From the NCBI GenBank assembly GCA_017610245.1, contig JAFCCK010000001.1, forward strand, positions 1-39,772: a stretch of DNA of 39,772 bases, read 5' to 3'. Shown piece after piece: positions 35,061 to 39,772 of the stretch. Both the position numbers and the translations under genes were made by a program. The notes below the pieces were generated by a model that saw only the letters and a list, made by a program, of their open reading frames with translations, ran no database searches and was not told where the DNA came from. How positions within the stretch are numbered: position 1 is the first letter of the stretch; each line of letters begins with the position of its first letter. The stretch comes from Candidatus Iainarchaeum sp. Its GTDB lineage: Archaea; Iainarchaeota; Iainarchaeia; Iainarchaeales; GCA-2688035.

Positions 35061-35291
35061 TTATTCCTCCTCATCCTTGTCTTCAACAAGCAAGGTGCTC
35101 TGATGCTTAACCATCTTGATCTCTAGCTCATCCCTGATGTTCAAGACAATCGGCTTGTCTGAGTGCAGGTTTATTCGCTGCCCTGTTTCGCTTCTAAGGA
35201 ACGTAGAGTATGTCCTCTTTGTTTCATCCTCTTTCTCGTTTTCTTTTTTTGTCTTCGATAAGACAACAAAATTCTCTTTATAGTTCGTCAC
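35061..35291 (-). CDS. Hypothetical small protein
   Basis: 76 aa ORF. Confidence 0.35.
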   Translation of the reverse strand: MTNYKENFVVLSKTKKENEKEDETKRTYSTFLRSETGQRINLHSDKPIVLNIRDELEIKMVKHQSTLLVEDKDEEE

Positions 35292-35346
35292 ATCAATCCC
35301 TCCTGTTTTTTATAATGTGATAATTGCCACGATTTTTCCACGTCCA

Positions 35347-35886
35347 TCAAATCCTCTCCGGTTGAATTAATCCTAGCAAAAGATTCGGACTCTTCAAAGC
35401 CATTCTGCTTACCTTGTAAGCCTGCGATCCGTTATGCTCGAATGTTTTAATCTCACTGGAGTGTGGCACGTCTTTTTTCATAATCCAGCCGTAAATCTTC
35501 AGGAAGATTGCTCCCGTGCGGAAGTCCAAAAAATTCAGCTTCTCGAAAAGGTAAGCGTCTACTTTCTTCCTTTGGTACTGCTCCTTGTTGATTAGAAACT
35601 CCTCAGAAGTCTTCACATCAAATTTAAACAGCTGCAGCAGTCCGTTCTCATTTGGCACCGCAAGCTGCGAATCAAATTCATCAACCTCTCTGCCTTTGAG
35701 AACTTTAGGAAATGGCTGCTTGAACGCATAGCAGTGAGCGAACTCTACCTGGAAACCCATGCGGTCAGCCTTGGCTTCATCGCCCTGCAGAAACTTGTCC
35801 TTATTCCCTGTCCTGTTTGCATGGATCTCTTCCGCAGCCTTCCTGGCTTTTTTAATTACTTCATACGGTATCTTTACTTCCAGCAT
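35347..35886 (-). CDS. Hypothetical protein
   Basis: 179 aa ORF. Confidence 0.4.
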   Translation of the reverse strand: MLEVKIPYEVIKKARKAAEEIHANRTGNKDKFLQGDEAKADRMGFQVEFAHCYAFKQPFPKVLKGREVDEFDSQLAVPNENGLLQLFKFDVKTSEEFLINKEQYQRKKVDAYLFEKLNFLDFRTGAIFLKIYGWIMKKDVPHSSEIKTFEHNGSQAYKVSRMALKSPNLLLGLIQPERI

Positions 35887-35989
35887 ACTTTTCTCCCCTG
35901 TAATGAAAATCGAGGTAATGCGCCATCGGGAAATCAGTTATTATTCCGCAAATGGCGCATTGTTCTTTTTCCCTCAATTTTCTCATTAT

Positions 35990-36556
35990 TTATTCCTCGT
36001 CAACAAAGTCCTGGACTAGATTTGAGAAACCTTTATTGTTTCCGAATTCCCAAGGCTTACTTTTGACAAGACACTTCTTGCCTACGATCTCCTTTGCTAT
36101 GTCCCAAGAGCTTTCCAATGGAACGCTAAGGTATGCCTCAAGCAAGCTCTTCAATTGAGCCAAATTGTTTGAAGAACCCATCCAAAGCCGATTAGTGTAT
36201 TCTCTGATACTTCCGAAGGTTTGGTCGAAGCTCCTATTTTCTCCCGTCTCTTTGTCTTTGTACTCGAATGTGCATTGCAGCCAGTGTTTTTTGTAATACT
36301 TGTCTTCCGGCAGCTGTATTTCCTTGCCATCCCTGTTTGTAGTAGTTACCGTTTGACCGTCTGTTTGAAAACTCGCAGCTGTTATAACGCATTCTATTGG
36401 CCTTTTGAATTCTGGTTTATTGCTGCCGAATTTTTTCTCCCTTGTTTCTTTACCAGTGTCAACTATTATCTGGCCTTCTTTTTCGTGCTCGTTTCCTTCT
36501 TCGTGATTTGGGACTTCAATGTCTTTGGTTTCTGGTTTTACTGTGCCTTTACTCAT
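35990..36556 (-). CDS. Hypothetical protein (possible DNA-binding or recombination function)
   Basis: 188 aa, acidic N-terminus. 8-nt overlap with the upstream gene. Confidence 0.4.
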   Translation of the reverse strand: MSKGTVKPETKDIEVPNHEEGNEHEKEGQIIVDTGKETREKKFGSNKPEFKRPIECVITAASFQTDGQTVTTTNRDGKEIQLPEDKYYKKHWLQCTFEYKDKETGENRSFDQTFGSIREYTNRLWMGSSNNLAQLKSLLEAYLSVPLESSWDIAKEIVGKKCLVKSKPWEFGNNKGFSNLVQDFVDEE

Positions 36557-36773
36557 TTAAAGCCGCCTCCTGCTTTTTGAAATCCTCGAGCTCTTTTACC
36601 GCGTGCAACGCAATGTCTTTCATATTTGTAATGCGTTCCTCCGCTTCCTTTTTATTTGAGGCATCGAAATAAACTTTGCCTCCTTTCCTGGTTCCTCCAA
36701 AGTCAAGCTCTAGAGAATCAGGATATTGTTTTTTTTGCAATATCTCTTCCATGAGATTCGCCTCCTTGCCCAC
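36549..36773 (-). CDS. Hypothetical small protein
   Basis: 74 aa. SD AAGGAGG. Confidence 0.45.
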   Translation of the reverse strand: MGKEANLMEEILQKKQYPDSLELDFGGTRKGGKVYFDASNKKEAEERITNMKDIALHAVKELEDFKKQEAALNE

Positions 36774-36784
36774 GCCTTAAAAAG

Positions 36785-36950
36785 GCTATGGCACGCCCAG
36801 GCAAGGAATTGAACCTTGCACCCAATTTCCCGAGGTGGGTTAACACTACTAGAATTCGGGTCCCCCTGGCTGAGCATACCGGCATTATAGCCGGCATTCC
36901 CAATACGCTTTCTTCCAGCGTAGTCTCACTCGGTTGAGTAAGTGTAATTT
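36785..36950 (-). ncRNA. GC-rich structured non-coding element (three stem-loops, one T-arm-like); tRNA-like or unknown RNA
   Basis: A roughly 165-nt GC-rich island in an AT-rich genome with no credible ORF. Hairpins on the plus strand: gcaagg-aattgaa-ccttgc (36801-19), accca-N11-tgggt (36820-40), ccggc-attatag-gccgg (36879-94). On the minus strand the first reads GCAAGG-TTCAATT-CCTTGC, a T-arm-like loop. Confidence 0.3.
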
Positions 36951-37483
36951 TAGCGCACACGTTTAACTCTCCTGCATCCTTTTCTATTCATCGGGATTAC
37001 AATGTGTAGTTCGTTGTGCCTGGCCAAGTGCCCTATTACGCTCTGCAATTCCTGGCCATTCAATTCATAGCGGTGTGCTATTGCGCTCTCCGTAATGGTT
37101 GTACCAATAGGCTTGTCCTGCAGCTCGCGGTAAACTTCTGCGTATGCGTGCATCGCTTTGTTCTCGACTTTAAATTTTGTAATAAAGCTTTCCTGTCCTG
37201 GTTGTCCTTTGAAAAAATGTAGCTCGTGGGCCTTGGATGCTTCCTGCATTAGTTCTCTCAAGTAGTTGCTCGAGCGGATTTTAAACTCGGCTTTCAAAAT
37301 AGAAACCGTAACCTGCTGATTCGTTTCAGCAAGCTCTGCAATCCGCTGCAATTTATGTACCTTGCCCGGAGAATTGGAATAAGCTGCCGCTTCCAGCTGC
37401 TTTATTCTTTTCTGTAAGTCAGTTACGATCTTCTGGTTCTCCAGGACTATTGCACTTAATTCTTTCTGCTCAAGTTCTTGCAT
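36950..37483 (-). CDS. Hypothetical protein (coiled-coil N-terminus)
   Basis: 177 aa. SD GGAGTGGG. Confidence 0.45.
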   Translation of the reverse strand: MQELEQKELSAIVLENQKIVTDLQKRIKQLEAAAYSNSPGKVHKLQRIAELAETNQQVTVSILKAEFKIRSSNYLRELMQEASKAHELHFFKGQPGQESFITKFKVENKAMHAYAEVYRELQDKPIGTTITESAIAHRYELNGQELQSVIGHLARHNELHIVIPMNRKGCRRVKRVR

Positions 37484-37620
37484 TCTTTCCCACTCCGGAA
37501 TCCTAATTTTATATCTGTAAGACCTCTCTGCTCAGGTAAAATTCTCTTAATCTCTGTTGCGCCTTCTCTCTCTGCCCTTTCGGTCATTTCTTTAATGCTG
37601 ATTGTGCTGTCGAATTTCAT
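37456..37620 (-). CDS. Small protein (54 aa; start revised)
   Basis: MKFDSTISIKEMTERAEREG... Its ATG overlaps the stop of the upstream 51-aa ORF (ATGA), and SD GGAGG lies 8 nt upstream. Confidence 0.35.
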   Translation of the reverse strand: MKFDSTISIKEMTERAEREGATEIKRILPEQRGLTDIKLGFRSGKECKNLSRKN

Positions 37621-37772
37621 GATTCTGCCTCCAACAAAACTACTGCAATTTTTTTTCCAGCCCAAGATTTTCTCAAATAAACTCTTGACGCCCTTGGTTC
37701 AGGTGAAGCAGTTTTTTTCACCATCTCATAGCCGGCAATTGAAAAAGTTATTTTTCCACACTCACAACTCAT
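37617..37772 (-). CDS. Small Cys-containing protein (51 aa; not in the ORF table)
   Basis: MSCECGKITFSIAGYEMVKKTASPEPRASRVYLRKSWAGKKIAVVLLEAES. SD is GGAGGGAGCTGA followed by ATG. Confidence 0.35.
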   Translation of the reverse strand: MSCECGKITFSIAGYEMVKKTASPEPRASRVYLRKSWAGKKIAVVLLEAES

Positions 37773-37991
37773 TCAGCTCCCTCCTTTTTCATTCTTATCT
37801 GTAGTTTCTGTTGGCCCTCTTTTCCATTCAATGAAAGCAACTGAGGAGTAGGGAACCTGATACTCCTTATTTAACTCAAGATCTATAATTTCCAAATCAG
37901 TATTTCCATGATCGTCTATTCGAATAGTTACTTCAACATTCTCAAATTTTGTCTCTGCCTTGTCAAGAAGCATTATTGCTTTAGCCAACAT
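37773..37991 (-). CDS. Hypothetical small protein
   Basis: 72 aa. Strong SD GGAGGGAG. Confidence 0.5.
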   Translation of the reverse strand: MLAKAIMLLDKAETKFENVEVTIRIDDHGNTDLEIIDLELNKEYQVPYSSVAFIEWKRGPTETTDKNEKGGS

Positions 37992-37992
37992 C

Positions 37993-38163
37993 TCAACTCC
38001 CTCCTATAGAAACAAATAATTTCGGGGCTTGGTTGTCAGTGAATTTTCTCCTCTCAACCTTAGCAGCCGTTCGATTTGGGTAAGGGCCATGCCAATTTTC
38101 AGCCCCTTGGTTTTCGCGCCAATACCATTCTCCTCTTTGAGGAGACCAATAATAGCCTCTCAT
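37993..38163 (-). CDS. Trp-rich small protein (56 aa; not in the ORF table)
   Basis: MRGYYWSPQRGEWYWRENQGAENWHGPYPNRTAAKVERRKFTDNQAPKLFVSIGGS. Its ATG overlaps the upstream stop (ATGA). Confidence 0.3.
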   Translation of the reverse strand: MRGYYWSPQRGEWYWRENQGAENWHGPYPNRTAAKVERRKFTDNQAPKLFVSIGGS

Positions 38164-38492
38164 GCTCCCACCTCGAGAGAATTAAAATTAACGGCTGCCG
38201 GCATCATCCTCTGGCCCATGTTCAACGGCATGGGCAACCTAACTCCGTCTTGTCCGCCGGTCTTACGCCTAGGTGGAATTGTTAAGAAGGTGTCCCCCAC
38301 CTCCTCAAGTTTCGAGGTGAAACAAGCAGAAATATGCCTAGATAGGCATAGTTTTTCCGTAAAATCCGAACTGGGAGCTCCTATTTTTAGCCCCATATCT
38401 GAGAAATCGCTTAGCCCGGAGGAGAACTGCACTCCTGGGTTCGTTTGGTATATCCCATTCTGCTCAAATCCGAACTTTATCATTTCTTTCAC
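38160..38492 (-). CDS. Hypothetical Gly/Ser/Pro-rich protein (GTG start coupled to the upstream ORF)
   Basis: 110 aa. The GTG overlaps the TGA of the 46-aa ORF (GTGA). GC-rich. Could alternatively be non-coding. Confidence 0.3.
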   Translation of the reverse strand: MKEMIKFGFEQNGIYQTNPGVQFSSGLSDFSDMGLKIGAPSSDFTEKLCLSRHISACFTSKLEEVGDTFLTIPPRRKTGGQDGVRLPMPLNMGQRMMPAAVNFNSLEVGA

Positions 38493-38629
38493 CTATTGCC
38501 TTTAACTAGCCCCAATTCCCTATCTAATGTAGCATAAAGCGGTTCTTGGGGAATTACCTTTTTTCCTTCCAGGTATTTGAAGGCTTTTTCTGAAATCCAT
38601 GTGTTTTTTGTTTTGATTTTTGTTGCCAT
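38489..38629 (-). CDS. First gene of the leftward early operon: 46-aa candidate regulator (Cro/CI-like by position)
   Basis: MATKIKTKNTWISEKAFKYLEGKKVIPQEPLYATLDRELGLVKGNR. It has no SD. A TTTATATA box lies about 30 nt upstream, giving a near-leaderless transcript. Operator-like inverted repeats are adjacent. Confidence 0.4.
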   Translation of the reverse strand: MATKIKTKNTWISEKAFKYLEGKKVIPQEPLYATLDRELGLVKGNR

Positions 38630-38637
38630 TTCGAATC

Positions 38638-38714
38638 AGTTATAATACGTTCTAACTCATATATAAACCTTGCTGTAATTTTGGTTGGTTAATAAGTTAT
38701 AACCTTTTATAACT
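38638..38714. promoter_or_regulatory. Switch region: TATA box plus operator-like half-sites (AGTTATAA, three copies including a 9-bp perfect inverted repeat)
   Basis: Minus-strand TTTATATA at 38659-38666. AAGTTATAA-cctt-TTATAACTT at 38693-38714. A third half-site AGTTATAA at 38638-38645 overlaps the predicted transcription start site (TSS). Confidence 0.5.
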
Positions 38715-38951
38715 TTTTCCACTCAGATACTATGACAGGATGTTCACAAAAAACTTTTCAGGAGAGGCCTCGTTTCTGATGCGAAGTTTTCCCATCAGCA
38801 ATTATTGTAAAGGAAATTCTGGCACCGGAAACCTACTCCCCCCCAGAAGCTTCTTAAAATACTTAGTCTGTTATTCGTTATTGACGTCTGCAGCCGGACG
38901 TGCTAAGTCCCCTTGGGTCTTCTGGCCGGGGCAGATGGCTAATTCTAAGGA

Positions 38952-38982
38952 AATCAACCAATTAGTTGATTTTCAATCAACC
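38952..38982. promoter_or_regulatory. Integrase-proximal repeats AATCAAC-caatta-GTTGATT ... AATCAACC
   Basis: A 7-bp inverted repeat with a 6-bp spacer plus a third direct copy, 50-80 nt upstream of the integrase TTG start. Confidence 0.35.
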
Positions 38983-39032
38983 GAGGATATTTCAAGGTCG
39001 GAGAATAAAATATTATTAAGAGGTGGGTAACA

Positions 39033-39772
39033 TTGAACGAGAACTTAGTTTTAGATACAGTTACTTCTGAGGAATTTCTATACACGCTATCTAGGGAGAA
39101 ACTTAAAAAAATAATGAAAGCCGTCAGGACGGTTAATGAGAGAAAATACACCAGGAGGAAGTTTCCCAAATACCGATATCCGGCCTACAAGGCTATGTCG
39201 CTGGAGAATGTGGACAGGTTTTTTTCCGCATTCTATACCCATGAGTGGCGGTACAAAGTCCTTTTTATGACTCAGGCTTTTTTGGGCTTGCGGATTGGGG
39301 AGGTTGTTAAAATCAACCTCAAAGAGATTGATTTCCAGAATAAGCAGATTAAAATTAAAACTGAAAAGCAGGGCCCTTTTGAGGTCCTGGATTCGATGCA
39401 CCTGCATGAGAAGCTTGATGTTTTACTGGCGGAATATATCCATGAGTACGAAAGGGAGATTATAAAGCATGACGGGTTTATTTTCTTCCCGGAAACTTCC
39501 CGGAGCCACAATCAGTATGTTTCCTCAGACAGGGCCAGGAACATATTCCGCAAAGTGTGTGATCGGATTGGGCTTAATGAATTTTACGGCTACAGGGAAC
39601 CTGCCAGTGATTTGGACAATTGGCAACCAGGGAAATTATACAAGCATACTACCCACTCCCTGAGATATGCCTTTGCGCAATATCTGAGAAAGAGCAATAT
39701 ACCTATAGAAATCAGGAAGCACCTTATGAGGCACCGGTCTCTGAGCTCCCTGCAGATTTATGAAGCTCCACA
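39033..39772 (+). CDS. int: Tyrosine integrase or recombinase (N-terminal 246 codons; continues at bases 2-187)
   Basis: TTG start with SD GAGGTGGG. Contains LGLRIGEV (box I Arg) and the C-terminal HSLRY...LMRH...IYEAP motifs. The ORF is open to the window end and in frame with the start of the window. Confidence 0.7.
   Translation, partial: MNENLVLDTVTSEEFLYTLSREKLKKIMKAVRTVNERKYTRRKFPKYRYPAYKAMSLENVDRFFSAFYTHEWRYKVLFMTQAFLGLRIGEVVKINLKEIDFQNKQIKIKTEKQGPFEVLDSMHLHEKLDVLLAEYIHEYEREIIKHDGFIFFPETSRSHNQYVSSDRARNIFRKVCDRIGLNEFYGYREPASDLDNWQPGKLYKHTTHSLRYAFAQYLRKSNIPIEIRKHLMRHRSLSSLQIYEAP
39659..39772. repeat. Terminal direct repeat (copy 2; identical to 1-114)
   Basis: Exact 114-nt identity with the window start. 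Confidence 0.85.

Noticed and set aside
36718-36960. 80-aa minus-strand ORF overlapping the GC-rich element, and a possible canonical tRNA there
   Set aside because: The ORF is Arg/Gly-rich with no RBS. The tRNA model fails: no 7-bp acceptor pairing and a 1-nt variable region. It is retained only as a structured-element candidate.
38029-38505. 158-aa plus-strand ORF opposite the 110-aa minus ORF
   Set aside because: Pro/Ser-rich junk-like sequence and no RBS. The minus-strand reading is supported by start-stop coupling, although it is itself uncertain.
38740-39030. 96-aa plus-strand ORF upstream of the integrase
   Set aside because: No SD and low-complexity sequence, and it lies across the regulatory intergenic region that contains repeats. 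Most likely non-coding.
1-39772. Diversity-generating retroelement (template/variable repeat pair) as a possible explanation for the paralog/repeat block
   Set aside because: No reverse transcriptase gene is present anywhere in the window, and the paralog differences are spread over the whole proteins, not confined to a C-terminal variable region.

Overview
The window looks like a complete, circularly permuted genome of about 39.66 kb from a temperate tailed virus (Caudoviricetes-like). Bases 1-114 are identical to 39659-39772, and a tyrosine-integrase ORF runs off the right end and finishes at base 187, so the contig is most simply a circle with assembly overlap. Almost every other gene is on the minus strand and forms one long leftward transcription unit. 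It begins at a switch region next to the integrase (38.5-39.0 kb). It then runs through an early and replication region (about 28-38 kb) of many small proteins: Zn-ribbons, TRAM, YegP/DUF1508, a HAD phosphatase, a HerA/FtsK-like ATPase and a ParB-methyltransferase. It continues through the packaging and head-entry genes (small and large terminase, portal fused to a Mu-F-like domain). Next comes an unusual block of adhesin or fibre-like genes (18.6-22.9 kb, three tandem paralogs; 14.4-18.4 kb, proteins built from a 14/15-residue repeat). It ends with the head genes (scaffold, HK97-like capsid protein, connector proteins), the tail genes (major tail protein, chaperone with a G/GT-type -1 frameshift, tape measure, distal tail protein, a 967-aa beta-propeller tail protein) and a lysis-like pair (XhlA-like plus holin-like). 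A free-standing TRAM-domain protein, BRE/TATA-like promoter motifs and a near-leaderless first early gene point to an archaeal host, but that is inference. The most notable items are the repeat-protein family shared by three or four structural genes, the triplicated 220-aa paralogs, a 35-bp promoter-like element found three times, the G/GT frameshift, the operator/TATA switch region, and a GC-rich structured non-coding element at 36.78-36.95 kb.
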